Assembly (NCBI GenBank): GCA_965644295.1
Contig: CBFFRP010000069.1
Coordinates: 124,001-188,000 of the forward strand
DNA length: 64,000 nucleotides
Origin: Paraphysomonas bandaiensis
Lineage: Eukaryota; Protista; Chrysophyceae
Direction: 5' to 3'
In this document: in pieces, positions 1 through 12,950 of the stretch
How positions within the stretch are numbered: position 1 is the first letter of the stretch
Layout of the letters: each line of letters opens with the position of its first letter
Translations under genes and position numbers: made by a program
Notes under the pieces: generated by a model
Told to the model about the DNA's origin: nothing
The model's database searches: none
The model's input: only the letters and a program-made list of their open reading frames with translations

Positions 1-290
1 AGAGCTGATTCTTTACAGTAGATTAACACCTTTTGCAAGACCTACCTCCGAGTCACTAGGCACAGTGCCTAACGGAAGGCCACCAGGTATCACCAAACTC
101 AGAAGGGTATATTGCTGCTTGCAATAGTTGCCGTCAGGCACATTAGACAGTCCCAGATGTGGTGTAGTCCCAGATTGCGCAAAATGTATGTGTAGTCTTA
201 AGTGTTCCAGTGTGGTAGTAGTAGACTGAGATCATTGCTTTTACTTGTCATGCTGTACGACGTACCCTACAAACGCATATATGAATATAG

Positions 291-478
291 CGAGAATGGT
301 TGCACCTTGGTGCTTGCGGGTATGCACAAGCAATTCTCGTAGCGTTAAATAGTAGGATAATAGAGTTTGTACTAGTTAGTTACAGGTAGACGTCTACTAT
401 CTAGCTTGACTAGTTCCATCTCTAGCTACTACGCTGGTGAAGATTTTTAACGCCTATTGCTAATAATAGGACTTTCAA
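291..478 (+). repeat. Dispersed repeat copy A, resembling the 3' end of a non-LTR retroelement or SINE
   Basis: Shares TGCACCTTGGTGCTTG...CGTAGCGTTA.ATAGTAG...ACGCCTATTGCTAATAATA with 12166-12358 and 39247-39432. Confidence 0.7.
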
Positions 479-904
479 TCATATCTATCACTCTCTGCTA
501 AAGTATACTTATGTATCGCACTTTGTGCTACTCAAGCGTTCAAAAGACGGTAGCGTATAATGATGAAAATAATAATAACTATATTATAACATATATAATT
601 AGTCTTTGCACATTACCCCCCATTACACATATGAGTTTATTTTACCTATTGCACACTATTGACTCACTTCAATTGCACAATATAGTGTATCGCATTTTGC
701 TGCAGAACACAACACACCCGCCTCCATTCATTCACTCCACACACTAGTTGCAATCTCAACAAGTTTCTTTCATTGATGCTGCACTTTGACTATATCCAGG
801 AATAATGGTGTAGGCTCGTCAATAACTATCCCAACTTTTCGTGTAATCCGCTATAATATAGACATGGATACACAGCTTATTTTGTCAATGTAGCTACCAT
901 AGAC

Positions 905-1790
905 CAGGGCCTGGTAGCCATTAATGGCACATTAATGGTAGTCCAGTTCCCGGCAATTATAATGGCATTAATGAAAAAAGTCCCCGCAATTATAATGGCC
1001 ATTGATACCTACTAACTTAAAGTAGATAACACCACTCATATAATAGATTATTAGTGTTGTGCTCCCTTAATTACTAATTTTTAGTTAAATAGCAGACTAC
1101 AAATTTTAACTACTTCTCGCTCTCTACTGGCACATCAGGATCTTCTTGCAGGGCTTCATGGAGGGTATAAACATCCCACAACATGTAATTGGCTCGTAGG
1201 AATAGCAACGATTCTTGACGATATGGATTCATGTTTCTACGCTCAGGTGTCATAATCTACTTTGCACGACTATAAAGAGCCTTTCAACAACACTAGATTG
1301 TGCTTCAATATGAAGCAAGCAGCGGTAGTTGAACTCATAGGTACCAAGTCGAGTTCTCTTGGTGACCTCGGCGCTGTCCAGAACACGCTGTGCAAAATCA
1401 GTTCTTTCACTCTCGTCCTCGTTATTTCTGTCGGGTACACCAACCTCCATGGATGAATCCAGTTGCAAATGTCTAACTGCTCTTCTATCATTACCTGTCA
1501 ACTCTCTTTCATCGTTCCCTTGAATTTTAGCCACTGCCTTCTCTATGGCATAGACTGAAGCTTGCAACCCACCTGATGTCATCTCCTCGTCAAAGGATGT
1601 CCACCAGTTTGCATCAGTGAACATATTGAGATCAATTTCTTTCCGTTATATTGAATGCCTATTTCCACAGAGCCTCGTATACATACTACATTAAATACAT
1701 CATGAGTTTGCATACAGTGACATTCACTTTTTCGTTGGTAATCGTGACACAGTGTGATGTGTGATGTGTGATATATCCGGCCTAGCATTC
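905..1790 (-). pseudogene. Decayed hAT-family transposon end: TIR at 905 plus a disrupted transposase C-terminus
   Basis: CAGGGCCTGGTAGCCATTAAT at 905 matches the TIR of the MITE at 12382. The minus strand reads YRCLLHIEAQSSVVERLF, then after a frameshift SRAK*IMTPERRNMNP...LLFLRAN, a hAT dimerisation-like motif with a stop. Confidence 0.7.
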
Positions 1791-2135
1791 ATAGATATTG
1801 AATATTGTCCACAAACTTCTGCTCCTCAGCCGAATACACATGTTCCATTCCCACTTTAATCCATCATACTCATGACTTTATTAAGTAGTGGGAATCACTG
1901 AGCCTTATCCTGTGGTCCCAGAAACTCCACTCACTTCAACAGAGAACATGAATACTGATTCTTGCATACATGAATAGCTTAGAACTTATGAACAAATTCC
2001 TACCCATGATCATAAGGCTGCTTAAACTGTCTGTCTCAAATTAAGAATATATACTGCATGAATGATGAATAAATTTAATTAAGTTATCATATTCCACCAA
2101 CAAAGTTTTACAAAATACAAACGTACGAGACACGT

Positions 2136-3251
2136 TTAAATGAGAGAAGTGCAAGTTCCGCAAGCAGGGCCAGTAAATCCTTCGAAGCACTCGCACAGGC
2201 CAGTGTTATAGTCGCACTTTCCTCTTCTTCCGCACTCAAAGCTGTTCATATCTGCCAAGTAAGTCTCGGTGTTGTTTCCGGTCATGGGTTCGACATGGAT
2301 ACCGGTGAGCTTGGGGAAGCACCCAGCATCACACTTGTAATCCTCCACAGTGAGAAGGTGCTGGCGTCCCTGGTTGCTATCGCCAGTGAAAGTCACGTTG
2401 ACGACGAGCTCAGTCGGGGTTGTTGAATCATCGACACCAGTGTGGATATGCACACCATCGATCACACCATTTGGTAAGTTGAGAAGAGCAGCTTCCATTG
2501 CGTCGGCCATACCGAGGATATCAGTGGCATCAAACACAATTGGAATAGTGGTGAAAGTTTCATTGAGCTGGGTCTTGAATGTAAGGGCGAATGTGTTGCC
2601 AGTCTGAGAGAGGAGGTTGGCAGGATTACCAGCAGAGTCAGCAGTGAAGCGGATTCTCTGGGTCTGGTACCGAATATCTTCGAGAAGATTTTCACGGCGA
2701 TCCTGGACATCATTTCCGTAAGGGCACATTCTCTTGGAACAGTCAACATCGGCGTATTCGGGATCACAGACGCATCCGCGGGTCTTCTTGGCATCCCATC
2801 CGTAGTAGGTGAAAGAGAGAGGGTCCTGAAGATACTCCATATGGCGGTAGTCGTATTCAACAGCGGCATAAACCATGTCTTCGATGTATTCGCAAGTTCC
2901 ATGGCCGGAGCAATCGTTGGGGCAAGTGGTGCGCTGGCATCCCTTACCCTCGTAACCCTCAAAGCATTCACACTCACCAGTGCCGCGGTTGCAAATACCT
3001 CTGCCAGCACACTCAGCGTATCTATGGCGAAGACCGTTCTCCAAAGGAGCATCAACCCAAGCGAGCTCAAAAGGGCAAATGCGGTCGGAACAATCACCAG
3101 TGTCATGAGCTAAGCCCATGCCCCAGTTATCGTAACAAATGCATCCGCACTCCACTCCACATGAGCATGATCCATGCCCACTACAGCCATTATCACAGCC
3201 AGCATTGGCTGTTGCTAAGAGAGAAAGAATTACAGTAGTAGCGACAATCAT
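2136..3251 (-). CDS. Tubular mastigoneme protein (Ocm1/Sig1 family, EGF-like Cys repeats, signal peptide)
   Basis: Signal peptide; CSGHG and CAGRGICNRGTGECECFEGYEGKGCQRTTCPNDCSGHG; C-terminal ECGRRGKCDYNTGLCECFEGFTG; intronless 371 aa. Confidence 0.88.
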   Translation of the reverse strand: MIVATTVILSLLATANAGCDNGCSGHGSCSCGVECGCICYDNWGMGLAHDTGDCSDRICPFELAWVDAPLENGLRHRYAECAGRGICNRGTGECECFEGYEGKGCQRTTCPNDCSGHGTCEYIEDMVYAAVEYDYRHMEYLQDPLSFTYYGWDAKKTRGCVCDPEYADVDCSKRMCPYGNDVQDRRENLLEDIRYQTQRIRFTADSAGNPANLLSQTGNTFALTFKTQLNETFTTIPIVFDATDILGMADAMEAALLNLPNGVIDGVHIHTGVDDSTTPTELVVNVTFTGDSNQGRQHLLTVEDYKCDAGCFPKLTGIHVEPMTGNNTETYLADMNSFECGRRGKCDYNTGLCECFEGFTGPACGTCTSLI

Positions 3252-3633
3252 ATTCGAGTTGATAAGTTATGCTCGACTATGCGATTGATTTATTGTTGTG
3301 TAGTGGTTGCATGATATTAACGCTTGTTTCCGTTTCATGTCATAAAATCTTGTGGAGTCAAACTAAAATCAGATATCGAATCTTGAATGGACACCCCTCA
3401 TATGCACCAAACTTGATCCAGCCAATCAACTACTAATATTATATCTGCTGATGGTAGTGTAGTACTGTAGAGAATACTTTGGAGTACATGGAATACAGTT
3501 GTCTTAACTAAATGTACTTATGTACTGCTGTATACGCTCTGTGGGTACACACATACTCGTACATGTACAGAACTATATATATATATATGCCCCCCATATA
3601 TGCACAATTTAAGAACACATCCAAACACCTGAA

Positions 3634-5099
3634 ATGGCAGATAACATCTCAGATCACATCCGTAAGCGCGAGTGGGCTGCTCGATACTCTCGACAGATGC
3701 TTGTTCCACAGTTTGGAGGGATTGATGGACAACAGGGTCTTGCATCCAGCTCTGTTGTAGTGGTCGGGGCTGGAGGGATCGGATCAACTGTTATTCTATA
3801 TCTAGCTGGCGCAGGAGTTGGTCAAATTGATATTGTGGACTTTGATGTCGTCGAGGAGTCAAATTTGCATCGTCAGATTATTCACAGCACTGAGTCGGCC
3901 CACAACAGAACACTCAAGGCACAATCAGCTCATGACAGACTGAAAGCCCTCAATCCGTGCATAAAGTGCTCAGCCATTGACATGAAACTTACTAGCGAAA
4001 ATGCTTCTGAATTGGTCCGAGCATATGATATCGTTGTGGATGCGACGGACAACTCCCCAGCCAGGTATGCCCTCAATGATGCCTGCGCTCTCCATCGAAA
4101 AACCCTCGTGTCTGGTTCTGCAGGTAAGAATCATGTTGTATTGTCCTGCTTATTGTGATTATTTTTCATTTAGTTGGTATGGAGGGTCAAATCACAGTTT
4201 TTCCGTACGACGGAACACACTCTTGTTATAGGTGCTTGTACCCGTCTCCGTCGTCGGCTGAAGGATGCCGTTCCTGTGCTAATGCTGGTGTAGTTGGTCC
4301 CGTGCCAGGGGTGATCGGAACCTTGCAAGCTATGGAGGTGATAAAGATACTTACCTCGCCTTCCTCCTTGCTCCCTTCGCCGCACAATACAGGTACGAAC
4401 ATTTACTAATCAGTGGATGTTGTCCTGTTGGTAATTACCATGCTCGTGTCAATATGATATTCCTGTTCAGCATATGTTGACGTGAAGTCCGCAGGTTTAA
4501 GTGCTCTTGTGGGGCGACAGGTGTACTACGATGCCACTTGTGGTGAATTTCACACATTTTCTCTTCCACCCCGCAAGCCTTCCTGTCCTACTTGTGGCTC
4601 CTCCCCTCCTCAACTACCAGACACACCCACTTTACCAGCTGTCACATCTGACTTTCACAGCCTACTTGGAAGTGATAAACGAATTAGTGCTAGTGTATAT
4701 GCTCAAGATGTATTAAGAGCGTCCGTCCCACATTTACTACTCGACGTCCGCCCTGCTATGCAGTTTCGAATGATCAACATTCATTCCTCGGATGTGTTCT
4801 CTACAGCTGAAGTAGATGAGAAGGCGAAAGTGACTGTGTTGAATGTGCCTTACACACATATTAGTTCAATAGATGAGGCAGAGGCGACTGAAGCCTTGGA
4901 ACAAATATGTAATGCCGTAAAACGCAGTAGTTGTGGTGGTAGTACACTACCGGTGTATGTTCTTTGTAGACGTGGTAATGATTCTGTTAGAACAGCACTG
5001 AAGCTTCAAGATATATGTGATGATATCACAGTGTTCAATATCAATGGTGGCTTGCATGCGTGGTCCAAAGAAGTTGATCACTGTTTTCCAGCCTATTAA
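3634..5099 (+). CDS. MOCS3: Adenylyltransferase/sulfurtransferase MOCS3/UBA4 (ThiF/MoeB + rhodanese), 3 exons
   Basis: [33 protein letters not shown]/CxxC, rhodanese LCRRGNDS; introns about 4124-4173 and 4393-4470. Confidence 0.92.
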
Positions 5100-5463
5100 T
5101 AAACGATGTAGATTTTTTTGACTGCTCGTGTATTAGGAAAAACACCATGTCCTGAAAGCTACATGAGCTTCAAACTAGCAAAGAATGATATTACTGTGGC
5201 ACTAATATATAACTGAATACGACCTGGACATAGTATTTCTTGTCCGTGATGAGACTTTCTTCCTCACTACGAAGTATTTCAGTACACGCAATCAGGCGTC
5301 AAGCCATTTGGCTTCTAAGAAGAGCTTGCATTCAAAGTCAAGAAGTATTTATAACATCTAAGTGTTTATGTTATAACAATAAGGCATTTCTACCGTGAGC
5401 GATATATACTTCTGGTCTCATTGTAGGTCGTACATTGAAACCTTTGGCTCCTAAAATCTAAAA

Positions 5464-6030
5464 TCAATGCGCAATATGACTATCTATACATGCGTCTCCG
5501 TTCAGAAGACTCATTATTTCTTCATTGATAGGTCGAGGTGAGTACTCCTCGTGAGAAACATCATCATAGTTCTTCAACAGTGGCCTTTCATTGAGGAGGT
5601 CATCGTCATCAGGACATATGCGGTAAAAGTAACACTGACATGTGCACATCTCATCTTCTGGAGATACTCGTACAACTTCAATATTTTCCCTGTAGTAATA
5701 TCCACTTCTAACCCCTTCCAAAATATCTAATGCTTCTAGCGCTACAGCATTCACACAATATATCTCTCCTTGTACACGCGACCATTCAGTATCACTTGAA
5801 TTATGAGTAGTTAATAGCATAGGACCACGTGTATCAGGAAGTCGAGTTATAGGTCTTAAAACCAATGGATATACATTGACTGTCACAGCAGCTCCGATAT
5901 ACTTAGCATGACCTCTATCGAGTGCTGGTTTCATATAGCGGATGTAATTAGTATACGATGTTTTCAATGTACCATAAACAAAAATATATGTCCAACCTTC
6001 TGTCATAGAAGTTTCTTCATCATATGACAT
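5464..6030 (-). CDS. Gamma-glutamylcyclotransferase / AIG2-like (GGACT-type) protein
   Basis: IFVYGTLK, VQGEIYCV, LDILEG, YYRENIEV. Confidence 0.85.
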   Translation of the reverse strand: MSYDEETSMTEGWTYIFVYGTLKTSYTNYIRYMKPALDRGHAKYIGAAVTVNVYPLVLRPITRLPDTRGPMLLTTHNSSDTEWSRVQGEIYCVNAVALEALDILEGVRSGYYYRENIEVVRVSPEDEMCTCQCYFYRICPDDDDLLNERPLLKNYDDVSHEEYSPRPINEEIMSLLNGDACIDSHIAH

Positions 6031-6130
6031 ATCTATAGTCAATACAATGAGATATAATCACCTCATTAAAGACTGTCAGTGCATTTAATGGTGTATCATA
6101 TTATGCATCATGTGTGTATAGGCAGTCAGT

Positions 6131-6271
6131 AGCATCTTATTTTTCGGAAATATATTGAAGCAGATATTCTCTATATTATTGCAGTACAACTACGGCTGGT
6201 ATACAGATAATTGTTGTCTCAATATTAGAGGCATCTTTCAAAAAAAATATACAAAGGATGCCAATACGGTG
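6131..6271 (+). mobile_element. ~135-bp dispersed non-autonomous element, copy 1
   Basis: 54-bp core (6185-6238) identical to 33537-33590; reverse-complement copy at 25841-25972; ends AGCATC...GGATGCC. Confidence 0.75.
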
Positions 6272-6576
6272 AACTTATCTGTGTAATACCAGTGTAGGTC
6301 ATAAAAGCGAAGTATTTTTATGCAAAAGATAAGAAATTGTTGAAAAATACTTCAAAACCTTATATTTATATCATAAAATACCGGAGTTTGTCACTTTTAT
6401 TCCCCCTTTACAGTGATTGTGCAACACTAAAATTATGAGAATTTTGAAATCTCAGGCCTTAATGTGGACGGATTTGTATAGTCATATACAGTATGGCTAC
6501 TTATGACCACCTACAGCATATATATATATATTGGAGTGAGAGTATATCACCATAGTACTCCATCAACATAAGATAC

Positions 6577-7280
6577 ATGAATGAAAGTATTATTCACAAC
6601 GCTTATGCATGTAGTAATGTGATAGATGAGTGTAGAATGGAGTGTACATACAAACATCTCAGAATGAATTGTGCCGCTGCTGTTACACTAACAACACAAC
6701 AAAAAACACGTATATTCGATATATTCTCAACTAATATGAGGGAAATATACAAACAAACGTGGGGATGGGATGAAAAGCAACAGTGGGACGATATGTTCTC
6801 AGACAAGTCTTGTTTTCTGCTTCTGGTAGATGGAGATGATGAAGTTCAGGCATACACACATTATCAGGTAAAAGATATTAAGATCTAAATTTTATTGTTG
6901 AATATCTGTGTATATATTGCAGTTCACGTGGGATGATGAAGATGAGCCTGAGTATCCTGTTTTATATTGTTACGAGTTGATGGTAGACAACACATGCCAA
7001 GGGACAGGGCTAGGGCGTATATTAATGAAATCTCTAGCTACGATAGCTACCCATTTCAATTTTACAAGAGTGGTAATGTGATATATTGTTTTTCACTACC
7101 ACTATAATGCACTATGATATTCTGCAGATGCTAACGTGTTTCAAAATAAATACTCCGGCCATGGCCTTTTATAAACATCTGGGTTTCACGGTCGACGCCA
7201 ATTCGCCGTCGTCCTTTGGAATAGTAGAACACTATGAAATACTCTCTATAGATAGTCGACATCTTTTAACATCTGGGTGA
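6577..7280 (+). CDS. NAA40: N-alpha-acetyltransferase 40 (NatD), 3 exons
   Basis: NMREIYKQTWGWDE, PVLYCYELMV, QGTGLGRILM, MLTCFKINTPAMAFY; introns 6868-6922 and 7073-7127. Confidence 0.85.
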
Positions 7281-7761
7281 TATATTTTCTTATGATATAT
7301 GTCGATGATATTATAGTTTGGGTTTGGGGTGATATAGTTTTTGTTCGTACTTATGATATAGTGTTATCTATATCAAAATGATCTGACAAGGTAGATGGGA
7401 ATATCATTTTCATCAGCAATTATTTATGCAAATGGAAAGTATTATAAGGTAAATAACTCTTCAATAAATTTTTATTATGGGAATGAAAACGCCTTTCCTT
7501 GTTTGAAAATACTAGAATAGATGTTGCTTGAGTATTTCAATCACGAAATCAGTTAGCTCGAATTATGTAACCCCGTACATGACTCGTTCTATAGATGCAG
7601 TATTAGATTTCATGCTGTATCAAGTAAAAATAATATTGTTAATTTGCAGATATCACTCACATAATCAAAAGATCAAAAGCAATCAATTTCTACAGGTCAA
7701 TAATGCATACAAATCAAACTGCAAAACAGGATGCTATATTTCTAACGCTGACCCACTCAAA

Positions 7762-8905
7762 TTAGTCGCCTCTGATAAGTTTCATTATACTCTCATGAGT
7801 CAACATACGCCGAACGTTGCTCCAATCAACAGACGAATCAGCAATGTCACGTCTCCATTTTGTCACATTGTCTGGTGATATTTCACTCCAGCTATCTACC
7901 AAGACCATAGGAAAACCCATATCCCTGAGGTCTCTGAAGGCTGGGAGATTAAGACTTATTGGGACTGTCTGAACAAGCCAGCTCTCAGCCAGCTTCGGGG
8001 TCTGCACCCCTTGCCCAGGAGGGACAATCAGAAAATTACATTTGGAAAGTTTGAACCAATATTCTTCTGCATTCCAGTGTGAGCGGGAAAGCCAATTTGA
8101 GTTATTTGCAATGAATGCGGCCAATTCTGCTCGATGAGGTAGGATCCGATCTAGTCTGGGGTGCACAGCTCCCCATGCCGCACACACGGGCTGTGTTTTT
8201 CGAACGCGATCAGACGCAGCGATTGCTCTTGCTACAGCGTCCTCCCCGCAGCGCAGGATGTAACTCGCATCCAAACCCATAGGAACAGCACGTACCCGTA
8301 GACCTTCCGCTAAAAATTCCTTAGGCACTTCTGCATCCTTCCCTTCGAACCAGAAATACGAAATCTTATGAAGCATATGGAGGGGAACAATAACATGTCG
8401 CAGCCAAAACCTAAAGTACAGAGAAGCTTAATACGACTTATAGGCGCCATAAGCAAAGAACCCACCTTGACATCGATGTGTCTTCACCGGCAAAGACAAT
8501 GCTTCTGGTGTTGTTCTTGTTAACCTCAGGTAGACCTAACATCCGCCCTCTGTATTCCTTAAATCGCGACGCGGATCCGCTGTGCACCAAAATCGTGCGC
8601 GGAGGGTATTTTCTGAGTTTAGTATGAGCATCATCATCCCATATCACCCAATCAAAAAGTTCAAACACACGCAATGGCTTAAGCAAACGTTTTCGAGCAG
8701 TGACAGAGAGTTCACTTGTATTCACCCCTGATGGATCATGTCTGAAGTTAATATACTTATCCAGCACACTCAATTGTGTCTGATCAAAATAATGTTGATA
8801 TCCTGCGGACCAAGATGGAAGAGATATGTATCCAAATGATATACTTGTCAATATGACGAGTAGTTTAAGGGCACATACACAGAGCCAGAGCTTCTTAATA
8901 TTCAT
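7762..8905 (-). CDS. Exostosin-like (GT47-related) type II membrane glycosyltransferase, 2 exons
   Basis: N-terminal hydrophobic anchor; C-terminal YWFKLSKCNFLIVPPGQGVQTPKLAESWLVQTVPI is exostosin-like; the two ORFs join over a short intron near 8410-8465. Confidence 0.65.
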
Positions 8906-9447
8906 TCCATCTACTGGCCAAAAACATCATTCTAAACAATGACGTGACACTTATCTTCATATAATAGCCGAGTTAGGCTTCCTTCTGAATGATAGTTGAT
9001 TGTCTGGCATGCCGTATGCGGTTTCCATTGATGTAAAGTGCAGATAGGATAGATATATGAGCTGAGTTGTGATGCATACAGCAGCTGTGAGTATATGTAT
9101 TCTACAGATATTTTATATACTTTCAAAATCGGACATTTGATACTGTAAATTGGCACTACTGATATATAAAAGCAGGCATTTTTCTTCTAAAAACCACTTT
9201 CAAAAAACATACAGTTCAACCCATCTTCTACCCTTGGTCCAAGTGGTACGTATGATGTCAAGTCATATGGTGGATGGTATCCCATTCTAGTACGACGAAT
9301 ATCGCTGCTCTGATGCTAATTTTTGTGTATATTTCTATCGAACTCTATAACATCATCATATGATCATTTCTATATATAACACTCATTACAACAGTTAGAA
9401 TTAATATCAATAAGTAACCATTCATATTATTCAATTGATATGTTCAT

Positions 9448-10100
9448 ATGACAAGTAATACGACAAAGTGCAATATGGAAACAAGACGACCATCACGCTT
9501 ATGTCGTAATCAAAAGAAAAAAAATAATTTAAAGAAAACGATTGTATCACCATTAGTAAGACTCTTTCGAACTATATCACCTGATGGAAGAGGATCAGAT
9601 GGTGTAAGAAGTAAAGTTAGTCCAATAGCAGAGTGGGAATTGGATTCTGTTTGTAGTGATTTCACGGATTTGGAGTATCACTACAGCTTCGACTCGAGTA
9701 CAGATATGTTTGATAGGAATTCTGGAAAACAAAAAAAGTCAGATTCAACAGAATGTCCAAAGCTTTGTCTAAAGCAGGCTCCTAAGGTAAAGTTAGAGAA
9801 CAATAAACCGAAATTGGTTTAGTTAGTATGTTGGGGTAATGTTTTCGAGATGTCTATAGAGGTAGCCACTCATGTGAAAATATACAATCCTATCGATGTT
9901 GTCATGTTCTGGTTGGGGTTGTTTTGTGTATATACTTTCTGTTATTTATGTTCATAGCCTACCTCTTAGCTTGATCTGCCTCAATGCCTTAAAAGGATTC
10001 GCATTGGACTATTGTGTCATAATTCAAATGAATATCATACGATATATGTAGCAGATGGAAGTCGTTGTAATATAGATGGTGTTGCCCCTCATACCCATTA
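9448..10100 (+). CDS. Hypothetical orphan protein, probably 2-3 exons
   Basis: 124-aa ORF with a GTAAAG donor at about 9788; downstream reading frame ...LPQCLKRIRIGLLCHNSNEYHTIYVADGSRCNIDGVAPHTH*; no recognised family. Confidence 0.4.
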
Positions 10101-11171
10101 AGTAAAGTGTTATGTTTTAAAAAGTCAGTTCGCTACAGATCAACAACTATGTCAATACTATCATCGTAGTAGAATAAATAGAGTGGACTATATAAGATAT
10201 TAAGGCCCACAATGACTTTTCTCTTAGAAGTATGAGCGTATAGTAAGCACAATACGTTTCGCCATACCACAAGCATTCGTGCTCGGATGTAACAGCGTCT
10301 GACAATAAAATATTTCAAAGAATGATGAGAAATGCTTATCACGATTTTATTGTGCTCACTGAGTTAGTTGTATTTCCACTTATAAAAGTGGAGTCTCACA
10401 CAATTTGCTTTCTTGCGTTTACAGATGACTTGCATCCAGACTTGGGAAAACAATTTTTGGTTTTTATTGAACTAGAAATTATTGCCAATTAATTTAATTG
10501 GCTTTAAAAATGATAAACCCATAATATGTTCGTAGAGAAGAACTTGGATGTATGATGTGCCCAATCCCTATATCGTTATTAACAGTTTAAGGATCAGATT
10601 ACACATTAATCTCAGCACGCAAGAGTAATAATATATCAACGGTCGTCGGCAAATATTAAATGAGCACCTTTTCAACAACTGCCGTGATACACCGTATGAG
10701 CTGATTGCGTATATACTTAATGACTTCGAAATATTTACATAGAGTAGTGTGAATTATGAACGACATTGTGTATCCGTTGGGAACCGCTGTTTGTCGCTAT
10801 ATCACCAGTAATGTGCGTGTAAGAACAATGGGTCATAATAATTGAATAACAACGCTTATCATTATTTATGCATTAGGATGACATCATGTATAGGAACAAA
10901 GTAGAACTACCAATCACGGTATGTAAATGACTATGCCGAGAAGGTTTAGTCGAGAAGGCCTATTGAAGCAACAGGATGGATCAAGGTAAAGGGCGAACAC
11001 GATTCTCAAGCCACGCCAAGTCCCACTGTAATTGGAATAACAAGGTTCAAGCTGCATTAAGTCGAAGAGGTCCTTTAGGTGGTTATGTCTAAAGAAAGAA
11101 CAAGTAGCACTGGTGCAACTGGGTGGTTTTCATATTCTTTCGTCGCTTGAAAAATACCAGGCAGTATGCAC

Positions 11172-12138
11172 CAGAGCAGCGTAACAATTAGTTGTAATTG
11201 CAATTAAATTGTATGGAGTATACGTTATAATTCAACTTTATTACTCGCCGGAAGGTTGAAATTAATGGGCAACTATTTCCTATTCAGTATAAGGACATAC
11301 ATAATATTAGAATTAGAACTTGGAAAACATTGAGGAACAATTGTTATTTTCGCCCTTAATGGACATCACCCTTAATGGCTATTATAAGGGCTACTAAAAT
11401 GGTGGGAAGGTTGGCCTCTCATTATAAATTCCTTTTCGTTTGATTACATACATTTCTTTCCTCTTGACCTTGAGCTACAACATTACTATAAGTTCAGCTC
11501 GAACCATTCTAGGTTTAAGATATCTCTAAGTAAGTCAACGAATTAATCCCTAATACAGTTACACGTGCTAAGTTAGAGTTAAGAGAATCGAAAACATTTC
11601 TATGATTCTCCAGAAAGATGGCGCCAAATAGGCCGATCTTAGTGATATGCGTTTCTTATTCAATACCTTAATTCCCTAGTACTAGCCACCACCTTGGTGC
11701 AGATGCGGACATAATTACGAATCAGACCTTCGAAAATGCTGTTGTGAAAGCCGAAAGTGAATTGCAGGGCACTCTCACTCAACCTGTGAAGGCATAGCTT
11801 AAACGTTTTCCGTTGGACAGAACGGATGAGAAGACACCAACAAGCGCACCAAGAACTGAAGCGACTACCCACCTCCGAACCAAAACTAAGTACCGCTGCT
11901 TGAAGCATATTTACTCCACTACTAATTGTGTAGAAAGGTTTTTCAACATGAGTGATCCGCGTAAATCCATGGTACCTCATCTATTGGAGGCCCTTTAAAA
12001 ACTTCTGTGGAATACAAGTACAGTTAAAGATGCTATTCGTGCTAGTAATAAGTAGTTAACTGGCAATAACAATTAATTGCAAGTTAATTACTCAAAAGCA
12101 TTTGCAATTTAATTTCAATTAATTGTTATGCATCCCTG
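11172..12138 (+). mobile_element. Degenerate internally deleted hAT element (second TIR family)
   Basis: Imperfect TIRs CAGAGCAGCGTAACAATTAGTTG / CAATTAATTGTTATGCATCCCTG; relic peptides DIITNQTFENAVVKAES and YRCLKHIYSTTNCVERFFN; no TSD retained. Confidence 0.65.
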
Positions 12139-12165
12139 ATAAAGATCTTCTCCCTCACATTCAAG

Positions 12166-12358
12166 AGCGGAAGTGGTCGCACCTTGGTGCTTGGGGCAAC
12201 GCACAAACAGCTTTCGTAGCGTTACATAGTAGAATATGAGAATATGCACTAGTTAGCTACAGGTAGAAGCAAGTACATCTCGTCTTGACTAGTTTTCATC
12301 TCCAGCTACTTATCTGGTGCAGATTCTCGACGCCTATTGCTAATAATAAGACTTTCAT
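12166..12358 (+). repeat. Dispersed repeat copy B (retroelement-like 3' end)
   Basis: Aligns with 291-478 and 39247-39432. Confidence 0.7.
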
Positions 12359-12381
12359 ATATTAGTAGGGGTGTTGTATGG

Positions 12382-12503
12382 CAGGGCCTGGTAACCGTTA
12401 ATGGCCCATTAACAGTGGTCCAGTTCCCGACAATTATAATGGCATTAATGACCAATGTTCCGCCAATTATAATGGCATTACTATTAACGGTTACCAGGCC
12501 CTG
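12382..12503. mobile_element. 122-bp hAT MITE
   Basis: Perfect 21-bp TIR CAGGGCCTGGTAACCGTTAAT; 8-bp TSD TTGTATGG/CTGTATGG (7/8 match). Confidence 0.88.
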
Positions 12504-12950
12504 CTGTATGGTATTTAGTGCCATCAACACTAATCACTGAAGAAAACATAATTGAATGCAATGAAAAAGACACAATTAAGTGAAATAACATTGTGTCATT
12601 AATTAGTTTTCTTAAGTTATCCTGAAGTTTCGTGTCAATATCATCTTGCCAACATGGTCGCGGGAGAATAAATAATGGCAATATTATATTGCATTGCAAT
12701 ATATATCGGCTTAGTATTCTGTGACATATTTAGAATTACGAGTTCTCATTCATGTACAACACTAAAGATATGTACAATACTATAGATATAGATTTGATAT
12801 AAAAATATGCATATGCATATATATGAGAATAACATACGATGTAAACAATGACATATTGTACATTGCTGAACAACTACATTGCACAGAAAATAAAAACACG
12901 AATCGCAGTGATCATATAATATGACACTATATCCGAACTGCCAAAAAATA

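Noticed and set aside
1847-1895. Small hairpin TTCCCACT...AGTGGGAA
   Set aside because: Too short and single-copy here; no TSD or RNA-family signature
12306-12540. Overlapping ORFs on both strands
   Set aside because: Produced by the palindromic hAT MITE
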